This document shows positions 8,881 through 18,630 of a stretch of DNA of 64,000 nt, one piece after another. The DNA lies in contig JACQQD010000001.1 of NCBI GenBank assembly GCA_016207165.1, forward strand, positions 96,001 through 160,000, written 5' to 3'. This DNA comes from Candidatus Micrarchaeota archaeon (GTDB lineage Archaea > Micrarchaeota > Micrarchaeia > Norongarragalinales > Norongarragalinaceae). The notes under the pieces are model-generated. The model saw only the letters and a list, made by a program, of their open reading frames with translations. It was not told where the DNA came from and did no database searches. Within the stretch, counting starts at the first letter, position 1; each line of letters starts with the position of its first letter. The position numbers and the translations under genes were made by a program.

Positions 8881-9003
8881 TTTAATACTATTTTTATGGT
8901 TTTGTTTAAAATCATATGGTTTGGGGCTAAAAATTTGAGTTTTCGGTTCAGCGGGCTTTATATGCAAATGTAAAGCATACTTTACTTTCCTTTTGGGATT
9001 GTT

Positions 9004-10773
9004 ATGTGCGGTATCTTGGGAATTGTTTCAAACAGACCAGTCGGACCCCTGGTTCTTGAGGGGCTCAAGAAACTGGAGTACCGGGGGTACGATTCGTGTG
9101 GAGTTTGCGGAGTCGACGGAGCGCTTCACGTCCGAAAGGGCGTCGGCAAGATTGACGACGTGGAGCAAAAGCACCGACTTAGTGACGTTCCTGGAAACAC
9201 CGTGATTTCCCACACGAGGTGGGCGACGCATGGGGGCGTGACGGATCCCAACGCGCACCCGCACCTGGATTGCCGGGGGGAAGTCGCGGTAGTGCACAAC
9301 GGCATCATCGAAAACTACCAGGAACTGCGCCGAACCCTTCAGGCGAAGGGCCACCACTTCGCTTCGGAAACCGATTCGGAGGCCATTGCGCACTTGATTG
9401 AGTCTGCGGCTTTTGGCTCCCTGGAGGAACGGGTGCAGGCGGCGGTAAAGCAATTGCACGGCAGTTTTGCGTTGTTGGCCGTGTCGGTGCGCGAGCCGGA
9501 TAAATTGGTGGCCGTTCGAAAGGAAAGCCCGATGGCCGTTGGGCTTGGAAAAGAGCACACGTTCGTGGCGTCGGACGTCATGCCGTTTCTTTCGCACACC
9601 AAACAAGCCGTTTTCCTTGAAGACCACGAAATGGCGGTGGTCACGTCCCAAGGCGTCCGGTTTTTGGACAGCCGGTCTGGGCAATCCGTGGAGAAGTCGC
9701 CGAGGACCCTGGAGTGGGATTCCGAATCCGCTTCAAAGGAAGGCTACCCGCATTACATGATCAAGGAGATTTTGGAACAACCGCAGGCTATCCGCAACGC
9801 GTTGCGTCAGGATCCAGAGAAATTGGAGGCCTTTGTGACGTTGCTGAAGGCAAGCCGGGACGTCAAGTTCGTCGCTTGCGGCACGTCGCGGCATGCCGCC
9901 TTGGTGGGGCGGTATGCCTTGAACCAGTTGGCGGGCCAAAGTGCGGAGGCCTACATCGCGTCTGAATTCGATTACTTTGCGGATCAGTGTACAGCCGATA
10001 CGCTTGTGGTGGCGGTGTCGCAAAGCGGCGAGACGGCCGACGTTTTGGTGGGTTTGCGGAAAGCCAAGGCAAAGGGTGCCAAAGTCGCGGCCATTGTCAA
10101 CGTGGCGGGGTCGTCCATTGACCGGGAAAGCGATGTGTGCCTGTACTTGAATTGCGGTCCGGAGATTGCCGTGGCGTCCACCAAGGCGTTTTTGGCGCAG
10201 TTGACGGTGTTCTTCGTGGTGGCGCATGCATTGGCAGGCAAACGTTCAGAAGGCGTGGCCACCATGACCAAGGTGGCCGACCAAGTGGAGGAATTCTTGC
10301 CGAAGTGGGAAACGCAGGCCAACGATTTGGCGGCGTCCTGGTCCGAAGTCCGCCACATGTATTACTTGGCGCGGGGAGTGAATTTTCCGGTGGCCCTTGA
10401 GGGCGCGCTCAAGATGAAGGAAATTTCTTACGTTCATGCGGAAGGCATGCCCGCCGGCGAACTCAAACACGGCACCCTGGCTCTTATCGAGAAAGGCACG
10501 CCGGTGGTGCTGGTCAACCCGAAAGACTACACGTTTTCCGATACGCTATCCAATGGTTTGGAGACCCAAGCCAGGGGCGCCTTTTTGGTGGGCGTTTCGG
10601 ACGAGCAAAACGAGGCGTACGACGCTTTCGTCGAATTGCCGAAAGCGCCGGCATTGTTTTACCCGTTGCTGGCTACCGTTCCAATGCAGTTGCTGGCGTA
10701 TTACGCTTCGGTCAATCGGGGTCTGGATCCAGATCACCCCCGATCGCTTGCGAAATCCGTGACCGTGCGCTAG
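9004..10773 (+). CDS. glmS: Glutamine-fructose-6-phosphate transaminase
   Basis: MCGI start, HTRWATHG, SQSGETAD and LAKSVTV. Confidence 0.97.
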   Translation: MCGILGIVSNRPVGPLVLEGLKKLEYRGYDSCGVCGVDGALHVRKGVGKIDDVEQKHRLSDVPGNTVISHTRWATHGGVTDPNAHPHLDCRGEVAVVHNGIIENYQELRRTLQAKGHHFASETDSEAIAHLIESAAFGSLEERVQAAVKQLHGSFALLAVSVREPDKLVAVRKESPMAVGLGKEHTFVASDVMPFLSHTKQAVFLEDHEMAVVTSQGVRFLDSRSGQSVEKSPRTLEWDSESASKEGYPHYMIKEILEQPQAIRNALRQDPEKLEAFVTLLKASRDVKFVACGTSRHAALVGRYALNQLAGQSAEAYIASEFDYFADQCTADTLVVAVSQSGETADVLVGLRKAKAKGAKVAAIVNVAGSSIDRESDVCLYLNCGPEIAVASTKAFLAQLTVFFVVAHALAGKRSEGVATMTKVADQVEEFLPKWETQANDLAASWSEVRHMYYLARGVNFPVALEGALKMKEISYVHAEGMPAGELKHGTLALIEKGTPVVLVNPKDYTFSDTLSNGLETQARGAFLVGVSDEQNEAYDAFVELPKAPALFYPLLATVPMQLLAYYASVNRGLDPDHPRSLAKSVTVR

Positions 10774-10780
10774 ACTTTGT

Positions 10781-11428
10781 TTGTTGTGTGTGATTTTCGT
10801 GACTATCAAAGCCGTGTTATTTGACGTGGACGGCGTGCTGTTGGATTCCGAGGAGGCCTTGGTGCGCATGCATTCGGATGCCTTGGCGCATTTTGGTTTT
10901 CCTCCAGCGTCCCGGGAGGCGATCGTGCGGACCAACGGCCACTTGTTCGTGAATTGTGTCCGGATGCTGGTGCCCGGCATCCCGGATTTTCAGGCCGAGG
11001 CGTACGCGGAATGGACGAATCCGAGGTTCACGTCGCACTACATCCCCGCGTTTTCCAATGCGTTTCCTGACGTGGCAGATGTCTTGCCGGCGTTGTCGGA
11101 CCGTGGAGTTCGTTTGGGGGTGGTGACTAGCCAGAACCGCGCCCAGTTTGCAAGCACGCTCAAGCGCATTGGCTTTAATGGATTTGACGTAGTGGTTACC
11201 GCGGATGACGTTAGGAGGCCCAAACCAAATCCCGAACCCCTTGAAAAAGCGTTGGCGGTTTTGGGCGTAGTCGGGCGCCAAGATGCCGTGTTTGTGGGGG
11301 ACTCTGAAGTGGATGTGCAAACCGGTCGGGTTTCCGGCGTCCAAACCGTGCTGATGGCGCGTCCTTGGAACGCGCATTTGGACGGGCCGCGCCTAAATGG
11401 ATTGTTGGATTTGTTGGAGTGGGTCTGA
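10781..11428 (+). CDS. HAD-superfamily phosphatase
   Basis: FDVDGVLLDS, KPNP and VGDSEVD. Confidence 0.88.
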   Translation: MLCVIFVTIKAVLFDVDGVLLDSEEALVRMHSDALAHFGFPPASREAIVRTNGHLFVNCVRMLVPGIPDFQAEAYAEWTNPRFTSHYIPAFSNAFPDVADVLPALSDRGVRLGVVTSQNRAQFASTLKRIGFNGFDVVVTADDVRRPKPNPEPLEKALAVLGVVGRQDAVFVGDSEVDVQTGRVSGVQTVLMARPWNAHLDGPRLNGLLDLLEWV

Positions 11429-12667
11429 GTGGTGCAATACGTCATTCTCGCCGCGGGCCGTGGAAGCCGTTTGTGGCCCGTTGGAGAGAGCTTGCCCAAA
11501 TGCATGGTGCGGGTTCTTGGAAAACCGTTGCTGGAATGGATTCTGGATGACGTGGTGGGTTTTGCGTCGAAAGTCGTGGTGGTGGTCGGCTACAAAAAAG
11601 AGTTGGTCACGGACTATTTTTCCAAGAAGCCATATTCCAAGAAACTGGTCTTCGTGGAACAGGCGGAACAAAAAGGCACGGGGCACGCGCTTTTGTGTGC
11701 CAAACGCCATGTTTCCGAGTCGTTCGTGACGGTCAACGCCGACAGTTTTTCCGAGCCGGCTTTGTTCGGCTTGATGCGTGAACGCATCGAAAAAAATCCG
11801 ACGCAGTTTTTCGGTTTGTCCAAGTTCGTGGATGACGCGCGGGCCTTCGGATTGTTTGACGTGAAAGACGGCCTCATTGCCGGCATCCGGGAAAAACCGA
11901 AGGAAAAAGTCGCGGGTTGGGTGGGTTTGGGCAATTACTATTTGCCCAAGGAATTCTTCGATTATTTGGAACGAGTGCCGTTGTCGCCGCGGGGCGAGTA
12001 CGAGTTGACGGATGCGTTGGTGGCGTTCTTGAACGCCCAACCCCTTCGTGCCGTGGAATTCCAGGGGTACCGAAGCGAAATCACGTATTTTTGGGACCAC
12101 TTGGACATCAACATCCACGCGTTGGAGCGCCTCATGCCCGAACGCGTGGAGGGCACCATTGAATCCGGCGCCGTCGTGCAGGGAAAACTCTTCTTGGGCA
12201 AGGGCAGCGTGATTCGGGCGGGAACCCGCGTGGAGGGCCCGGCGTACATCGGCGAGAATTGTCTGATTGGTCCGAACGCCTTCATCCGTCGGGGTTCCGT
12301 GATTGAAAACAACTGCCACGTGGGCACGTGCGAAATCAAGAATTCCGTGGTCATGAACGGCGCGAACGTCCCGCACTTTTCTTATGTGGGGGATTCCGTG
12401 CTCTGCGAGGACGTCAACTTGGGCGCGGGTTCCATGATCGCCAACCTTCGGTTTGACAACGAGCCCATCTTGGTGCACTTCAAGCAGGGTTCCGTGGATT
12501 CGGGGCGGAGGAAACTGGGGGCCGCCATCGGTTCCGGCACGAAGGTCGGCGTGAATTGTTCGATTAACTGCGGGGTCTTGATTGGGCACAACTGCCGGAT
12601 TTACCCGGGTGTTCAAGTCAAGCACAACTTGGATAATGAAACCGTGTTCAAGGGCGATGGAAGTTGA
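11429..12667 (+). CDS. glmU: Bifunctional sugar-1-phosphate nucleotidyltransferase/acetyltransferase (archaeal GlmU)
   Basis: ILAAGRGSRL, hexapeptide repeats, HFSYVGDS; lies between glmS and a mutase. Confidence 0.88.
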   Translation: MVQYVILAAGRGSRLWPVGESLPKCMVRVLGKPLLEWILDDVVGFASKVVVVVGYKKELVTDYFSKKPYSKKLVFVEQAEQKGTGHALLCAKRHVSESFVTVNADSFSEPALFGLMRERIEKNPTQFFGLSKFVDDARAFGLFDVKDGLIAGIREKPKEKVAGWVGLGNYYLPKEFFDYLERVPLSPRGEYELTDALVAFLNAQPLRAVEFQGYRSEITYFWDHLDINIHALERLMPERVEGTIESGAVVQGKLFLGKGSVIRAGTRVEGPAYIGENCLIGPNAFIRRGSVIENNCHVGTCEIKNSVVMNGANVPHFSYVGDSVLCEDVNLGAGSMIANLRFDNEPILVHFKQGSVDSGRRKLGAAIGSGTKVGVNCSINCGVLIGHNCRIYPGVQVKHNLDNETVFKGDGS

Positions 12668-13968
12668 CGGACGACCCATCCTGTTCGCCGAACGCTTCAA
12701 GTACTTCTTCCAAGGCGAACTTGCTTGAAGACAATTTTTGCAAGGCCTATGATTTCCGGGGGAAATACGGTTCCGAGGCCACGGAGGAAAAGTGTTTCCG
12801 GTTGGGGTTGGCCTGCAATGCCTTTAAGCGGCCGATTGCGTTGGGCATGGATTACCGGGAGCACAACGATTCGCTGGCCAAGGCGTTTCTGCAAGGGTTC
12901 AAGGGCGAGGTGCGTTTTGCCGGCGCCGTGCCGTCGCCCGTGATCGGCTATAACGCCACGGCGTGGGGCGTCGTTTTTACGGCGTCGCATAACCCGGCGG
13001 GGTACAACGGCGTCAAATTCAAGAAACACAAGCGGTGCTTTTTCGAGGGGGAGCTGGCGAAGCTTCGGGAGTGGTACGATGCATCCAACACGCCGTTTTT
13101 GTCCCAGGGAACGCCTTTGCCGGACGTGGATGGATCGCTTCGGCAAACCTATTTGGACGCGTTGCCGGAGTTTGAATCCGGTGTCTACGATTTGGCGGGT
13201 GGAGCCGTGTGCGCGGTCAAAGAGGTTTTCCCGGATTCCGTATTTTTTGATCCGGATCCCGCCTTTGAAAAGCACGCGCCGGAGCCGAAAAGCGGCGCGC
13301 TTTCCGTCTTGCAGAAAAAATCCATTGACTCAAAGAAGGTGGGCTTCGCGTTTGACGGAGACGGCGACCGCTGCGTGGTGGTGGACCGCGGAAACGTGGT
13401 GGACGGCGGTATTCTGGCGGCGTTCATTGCTTCCCGTCATCTGCCCAAAAAAGCGAAGGTGTTGGTGACGTTGGACACGCAAGCCGAAGTGTTCCGATTC
13501 CTGGAGGATGAGGGCTTTTCCGTGGCGTACACGGCGGTGGGGGACGTGTTCCTGTTGAAGGAAATGCTTTCAAGCCAAGCTGATTTTGCCGCCGAGCGGT
13601 CGGGACATTACTCGTTCAAGAAGCACATGCCGGATTCCGACGGGATTTTTGCGGCGGCGTTGTTGTCCGGCACGCGTTTTGGCGAGGTCGCGGACTTTGC
13701 CTTCCAGTTCAAGCAAGTTTCCTTGCAGCAAGAGGCGCGTTTTGCCTTGGACTTCTCAAAACTCAGGGCGCTGGCCGAGGAAAAGGCGGTGCGCGTGGAC
13801 GCGCTGGACGGCGTCAAAGCGGAATTCGAAGATTTCACGTTTTTGGTGCGCGCGTCCAGGACGGAGCCCAAGGTGCGGATCAACGTGGAAGCGGATTCCA
13901 AGGAATTGGCGGAGAAGGGCTTGGCATGGACGTTGGAGGCACTGCACCGTTGCCGGGTTCACTCGTAG
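12664..13968 (+). CDS. glmM: Phosphohexomutase (phosphoglucosamine mutase-like)
   Basis: TASHNP, FDGDGDR and RASRTEPKVR; operon context. Confidence 0.75.
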   Translation: MTDDPSCSPNASSTSSKANLLEDNFCKAYDFRGKYGSEATEEKCFRLGLACNAFKRPIALGMDYREHNDSLAKAFLQGFKGEVRFAGAVPSPVIGYNATAWGVVFTASHNPAGYNGVKFKKHKRCFFEGELAKLREWYDASNTPFLSQGTPLPDVDGSLRQTYLDALPEFESGVYDLAGGAVCAVKEVFPDSVFFDPDPAFEKHAPEPKSGALSVLQKKSIDSKKVGFAFDGDGDRCVVVDRGNVVDGGILAAFIASRHLPKKAKVLVTLDTQAEVFRFLEDEGFSVAYTAVGDVFLLKEMLSSQADFAAERSGHYSFKKHMPDSDGIFAAALLSGTRFGEVADFAFQFKQVSLQQEARFALDFSKLRALAEEKAVRVDALDGVKAEFEDFTFLVRASRTEPKVRINVEADSKELAEKGLAWTLEALHRCRVHS

Positions 13969-14801
13969 GGGTTCAGGCCTTCCAAGAATGAATCCAATTT
14001 CTCGCGAACCCATTCGGGGTAACGCGTGTGCGGAAAATGCGTGTTTTTGTCCAAGACGCGGATTTCCGCGTCTCCGTACATCCTCTTAAACTCATCGATG
14101 GGTTCTCGGGTGACGAGGAAGTCTTGTTGCGTGTGCAATACGCACAAGGGCGGCGGGTGGGCGATGGCGGGGGCTTCGGCGGTGTTGAATGCCAGGGAGT
14201 GGTTCTGGAGCACCTTGAGGGTTCCGCCCTTGAACGGGTTGAACAATCCAAGGACTTCCCGGACGCCGAAGCGGCCTTCGGTAAGCAGGTTGAGGGCCTT
14301 GAGTTTGAGCAGTTGCCTTCCGATCCGGTGGGAGAGGCTGGCCCCTGTTATTTCCAAGTCGTGTAGTTCCGCAAGTGTTGCGATGAGTTGCCGCGTTTCC
14401 TCTGGCAGTTTCCGGTAGGAGTTGACCAACGCCAGGGCTTTGACTTGGTTCGGGTGGTCAGCGCAAAATTGTTGGGCGATGACGCCGCCGTCGGAGTGGC
14501 CGACCAGCACGGTCCGTTGTACGCCGAGGCGGTCCAGGATTTTCTTGAGGCCGTCGGCGTGTTCCTGGAGGGTCAACGTGCCGTCGCCCGTGGATTTCCC
14601 GTGGCCGTCGAGGTCGTAGGTGATGACGCGGTAGCCTTTTCGGCGGTAGTGTTCGGCGTACGAGGACCAGTTTTCTTGGCTGGAAAAGCGGCCGTGGACG
14701 AAAACCAGGGTTTGCCGGCCGTTGTTCCCTGTTTTGGAGTCTTTGACGGCCCAGGTGTGGCCTGGCCGAATTTCGACGCGGTGGGTCTTCCAGTTATTCA
14801 T
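13959..14801 (-). CDS. Alpha/beta hydrolase
   Basis: FVHG, DLDGHGKS, GHSDGG nucleophile elbow and a C-terminal His. Confidence 0.88.
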   Translation of the reverse strand: MNNWKTHRVEIRPGHTWAVKDSKTGNNGRQTLVFVHGRFSSQENWSSYAEHYRRKGYRVITYDLDGHGKSTGDGTLTLQEHADGLKKILDRLGVQRTVLVGHSDGGVIAQQFCADHPNQVKALALVNSYRKLPEETRQLIATLAELHDLEITGASLSHRIGRQLLKLKALNLLTEGRFGVREVLGLFNPFKGGTLKVLQNHSLAFNTAEAPAIAHPPPLCVLHTQQDFLVTREPIDEFKRMYGDAEIRVLDKNTHFPHTRYPEWVREKLDSFLEGLNPYE

Positions 14802-17013
14802 GCCGCCGTCGTTCCCGGATTTCCTGGAGGAGGTCTTTCATGAATTCTTGCTGTTTTACGCCGTGTTTCTGGGTGCCGTCGCGTTTTCGCACGGAGACGG
14901 TTTTGGATTCCGTTTCCTTTTTGCCGACGACGAGCATGTACGGGACTTTGAAGAGTTGCGCGTCGCGGATCTTGCCTTCGATTTTACCGGAGGAAATGTC
15001 GGCGGTGGCCCGGATGCCGTTTTGTCTGAGTTCGTCGCGGACTTTTTCGGCGTACGCGTTTTCGTGGTCGGTGAGGGCAAGGACGCGGACTTGTTCGGGG
15101 GAAAGCCACGTGGGGAACGAACCGGCGAAGTGTTCGATGAGTATTCCTAGAAACCGTTCAAACGATCCGTAAATGACGCGGTGAAGCATCACCGGGCGTT
15201 TTTTGCCTTGGGGCCCTTCATAGTGCAAGTCAAATCGTTCCGGCATCTGGAAATCCAGTTGGATGGTGCCGCATTGCCACAGTCTTCCCAGCGCGTCCTT
15301 GATTTTGAAGTCAATTTTTGGGCCGTAGAATGCGCCGTCGCCTTCGTTGACTTCGTATTTCTTCTTGTTTTTCTCCAGCGCTTTCTTGAGCGCGGATTCG
15401 GCTTTTTCCCAGAGTGCGGGGTCGCCCATGGCTTTCTCGGGTTTGGTGGAAAGCTCGATGGAGTACGAAAAGCCGAAGGTTTTGTACATGAAGTCGATGA
15501 AGTCGATGAAGTTTTTGACTTCGTCCAGGATTTGATCTTCGGTGACAAACAGGTGCGCGTCGTCTTGGGTGAACGCGCGCACGCGGAACAGTCCACTTAG
15601 AACGCCGGATAATTCGTGGCGGTGGTCAACGCCGTTTTCGGCCAAGCGCAGCGGCAGTTCGCGGTAGGACCTGGGTTTGGTCTTGTACACCAGGATGGCT
15701 CCGGGGCAATTCATGGGTTTGACGGCGTGCGGTACGCCGTCGATTTCCGTGAAGTACATGTTTTCGTGGTAGTGGTCCCAGTGCCCGGATTGCCGCCACA
15801 AGTCTTCGTTGAGAATCAACGGCGTCTTGATTTCCTGGTAGCCGCGCTTTTCGTATTGTTCGCGCAAGAATTTTTCCAGTTCCTTGTAAAGCGTCATGCC
15901 GTTGGGGTGGTAGAAGATGAAGCCCACGCCTTCCTCGTGAATGCTGAACAGGTCGAGTTGTTTGCCGATTTTTCGGTGGTCGCGGGCTTCGGCTTCCTTT
16001 TGGAGTTGCTTGAATTCCAAGAGGGCGTCCTGGTTCTTGAAGACTTGCACGTGCACGCGCTGGAGTTTGGCGTTCTTGGAATTGTTTTTCCAGTACGATC
16101 CCCCGAATTTCGTCAACGCAAAGGCGGAGACGTCTTGCGAGGTCTTGGTGAAGGGCCCCGGCAGGAAATAGGTGTGTTTTCCAAAGCCTTGCACGAGCAC
16201 TTCCTTGGCTTTCGTTTCGGAGAGGGCTTCATTCAGGTACCGGTTTGGCATTTCCGCGTTTTTGCCGGTTTTTTTAAGTTCGATGGGCCACGCTTTTTGT
16301 TGGAGGGCGTGCATGGCAGACTCCAATTGGTTGAGGGTTTCCGGGGACACGCCGGGGCCTTCGAAATCCAGGTAGCCTTCGTTGTCTTTGCCGAAACCGG
16401 TTGTGGCTTTGCCGCCTAACTCGGTTTGAACGGCGTGGGCCAGCAAAAGCAGGGCGGTGTTGCGCCGGGCTTCAAGGGTTTGCGTTGGTTTGAGCGTTTT
16501 GGGGGTGGCGGCGCCGTAGTCCTCGAAAAGCGAGGGGAGTCTGAAGACTTCCGCGTCTTTGCCTCCCAATGTTTTGACTTGGGTTTGCAGGGTTTCCGAC
16601 GTGATGGTCTTTGAGAGTTCCGCCAGTGGGTGGCCCTTGCATTTCAACTCGAATTCCTTGTAGTATCCAAACGGCGATTTTTGCGCGTTGGGAGCGAAGG
16701 CGCGGACCTTGATCAGGAACGAGTCCAGCAGGGTTTGCGCCAGGGCGGGTTTGGCCAACTTGTGGGAGAGGTGGGCGTAGGGGTAGACCAGGACGGAGTC
16801 GGCGTTGACTTCCTTGAAGTTTTTCTGGATTTCAACGACGGCGCGCTCCAGGACGGATTCGTCGTCGCCTTCTTCAAATGAGCTGAACACGACGAGCACG
16901 TTTTCCATGCGGACGCCTTTTTTCTCGTCTTCGCTCAATTCGCCGATGCTTTTGAGCGCCTTCTTTTTGGGTAAGACGTTGATGTAGTCGCAGTGCAGTT
17001 CAAGCAAACGCAT
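14794..17013 (-). CDS. thrS: Threonyl-tRNA synthetase: archaeal editing domain, degenerate bacterial N2 domain, catalytic core
   Basis: KPMNCPG, RHELSG, FTQDDAH, GAFYGPKID; N-terminal YPYAHLS and PFGYYK; ATG at 17013. Confidence 0.96.
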   Translation of the reverse strand: MRLLELHCDYINVLPKKKALKSIGELSEDEKKGVRMENVLVVFSSFEEGDDESVLERAVVEIQKNFKEVNADSVLVYPYAHLSHKLAKPALAQTLLDSFLIKVRAFAPNAQKSPFGYYKEFELKCKGHPLAELSKTITSETLQTQVKTLGGKDAEVFRLPSLFEDYGAATPKTLKPTQTLEARRNTALLLLAHAVQTELGGKATTGFGKDNEGYLDFEGPGVSPETLNQLESAMHALQQKAWPIELKKTGKNAEMPNRYLNEALSETKAKEVLVQGFGKHTYFLPGPFTKTSQDVSAFALTKFGGSYWKNNSKNAKLQRVHVQVFKNQDALLEFKQLQKEAEARDHRKIGKQLDLFSIHEEGVGFIFYHPNGMTLYKELEKFLREQYEKRGYQEIKTPLILNEDLWRQSGHWDHYHENMYFTEIDGVPHAVKPMNCPGAILVYKTKPRSYRELPLRLAENGVDHRHELSGVLSGLFRVRAFTQDDAHLFVTEDQILDEVKNFIDFIDFMYKTFGFSYSIELSTKPEKAMGDPALWEKAESALKKALEKNKKKYEVNEGDGAFYGPKIDFKIKDALGRLWQCGTIQLDFQMPERFDLHYEGPQGKKRPVMLHRVIYGSFERFLGILIEHFAGSFPTWLSPEQVRVLALTDHENAYAEKVRDELRQNGIRATADISSGKIEGKIRDAQLFKVPYMLVVGKKETESKTVSVRKRDGTQKHGVKQQEFMKDLLQEIRERRRHE

Positions 17014-17106
17014 GGTGTTTGGGACCTCTTGGAAATGGATTGTGGGAAATGCCTTAAAGGGGTTGCGCTTCGCTTTTTTAAGTTGCCGTCCCAAGAATTC
17101 ATTTGC

Positions 17107-18201
17107 ATGAAGCGGCGCATTGAACGGCAGATGAAGCGGGCAGGCCGGACGCCGCCTCCTTTTTACCGGCGCTGGTTTTCCAGTTTAACGCAAGGCGCCC
17201 GCGACGCCTTGGCGGCCCTTGGGGCACGGTTGCGCCGCCTCAAGGAAAGAAACAAGGCGGCCCAACGTGTTGAACCCCAAGTGGAGCCGGAGCGTTCTTC
17301 CGTTTCCTCGGGCGCGCAAATCCCCCCAGAACCCACTCCAGAGATGCCGCAAAAATCCCCCGCCTTCGGAATGGCTTCTGCCGATCCAGTAGGCCGCGAC
17401 TTGAGGAGCTTTTTCCATCTGCGTCCGGATGACGTGTTTTCCATGCACGACTTGGAAAGGGAACGCATGATGCACGGACTTGACGAGATGCCGTACCAAT
17501 TGCGCCAGCGGACGGGCACCTCGGTGAGAATTCTTTCCGTGATGCGTGGACTGGACGGCGGGTCGGAGGACCACCAACTATCCATGGTCCTGGCGCGCGC
17601 CATGCATCGTGCGGAGTTCAAGTTCAAGAAAAACACGGCGGAACGCCTCCACGATTTTTTCATCCGGCATCCGCGTGCCATCAACGAGGAACTGGACTTG
17701 CATCCCGAAAGCCGGCGTCTTTACGGTGAAGTGGCCGCGTTGCGTCGGGGGTTGGCCGTCCGGTTGGGTCTCGTGCAAGCCGAGCGAGCGGTTGTTTCTG
17801 AGGGCGAACCGGTTCGTTTGCCGTTTTCCGAGGAGACGTTGGCGCATTTCGGCCGGATTGGCGTTGACCCCGACGTGATTTCCCACATTTTGGCGCACGG
17901 TTTTTCGGTTCAAGGACGTGGGGTTTTTGGCGCTTCGCATTTCAAGAAAAACTTTGTTTTCAACAACGTGCGGAACAAGGTGGGACGAAAGGTCGTGGAT
18001 TCCAGGCCGTACGCGCAAGCCTATGCCGCGGCGTGGAGTTGGTTGACTAGAACCAGCGTGGTGTGGGTGCGCAAGCGCGGTGGCCGGGAGGTCTCCATCA
18101 ACCCGCGGCCGGACACGTTGGTTGATTCGCATGCGCGCCACACGGCGGCGCTGATTGGGGAGTACTTCCGGGGAAAAGACGGGGGCGACTCCAGTGCTTG
18201 A
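17107..18201 (+). CDS. Hypothetical basic protein
   Basis: Long ORF divergent from thrS; no motif recognised. Confidence 0.65.
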   Translation: MKRRIERQMKRAGRTPPPFYRRWFSSLTQGARDALAALGARLRRLKERNKAAQRVEPQVEPERSSVSSGAQIPPEPTPEMPQKSPAFGMASADPVGRDLRSFFHLRPDDVFSMHDLERERMMHGLDEMPYQLRQRTGTSVRILSVMRGLDGGSEDHQLSMVLARAMHRAEFKFKKNTAERLHDFFIRHPRAINEELDLHPESRRLYGEVAALRRGLAVRLGLVQAERAVVSEGEPVRLPFSEETLAHFGRIGVDPDVISHILAHGFSVQGRGVFGASHFKKNFVFNNVRNKVGRKVVDSRPYAQAYAAAWSWLTRTSVVWVRKRGGREVSINPRPDTLVDSHARHTAALIGEYFRGKDGGDSSA

Positions 18202-18277
18202 GTCCGGAAAGAACAAGGTCTGCCGCCGGGGCCACCGTTTTGAGGGGAGCGGGCCCGCGTCCGGCGTGTTGGATAGG

Positions 18278-18613
18278 TTATTTTGGTAAGTTGTCCAAGA
18301 CGCGTTGGGCTTCTTTTCGCAAATTTTCGTGGTGGGCCAGTGCTTCCAGGACGGCGCGCACGTGCTTGGGTTCTTCAAGCGTCAAGAGGAATCCTTGACC
18401 GGTTTTCGCAAAGCCGATGGCCACGTGGCCTCTTCCGTGAGGGTTTAGTTGGCTTTCGATGGTTTCTCCCAATTCCAGTGCGTGTTCGGGTTGGATTCCG
18501 TGGATGTGTATTTTGTGGTTGGAACTTGGCTTTCGTGGTTTTTCGTACGTCAAGCCGGTGGCGGGGCCCACGTGTCTTCTGATTTGTCCGTAGAATTCAA
18601 GGCTGGTTGGCAT
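18278..18613 (-). CDS. Hypothetical protein
   Basis: 111-aa ATG ORF directly downstream of priS. Confidence 0.55.
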   Translation of the reverse strand: MPTSLEFYGQIRRHVGPATGLTYEKPRKPSSNHKIHIHGIQPEHALELGETIESQLNPHGRGHVAIGFAKTGQGFLLTLEEPKHVRAVLEALAHHENLRKEAQRVLDNLPK

Positions 18614-18630
18614 GCTTGTTTCCAGGTTGT

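Noticed and set aside
11393-12700. Long antisense ORFs (also 23925-25232, 25340-26491, 31153-32472 and 44459-45607)
   Set aside because: Shadow frames of well-supported genes, expected with GC-rich codon usage.
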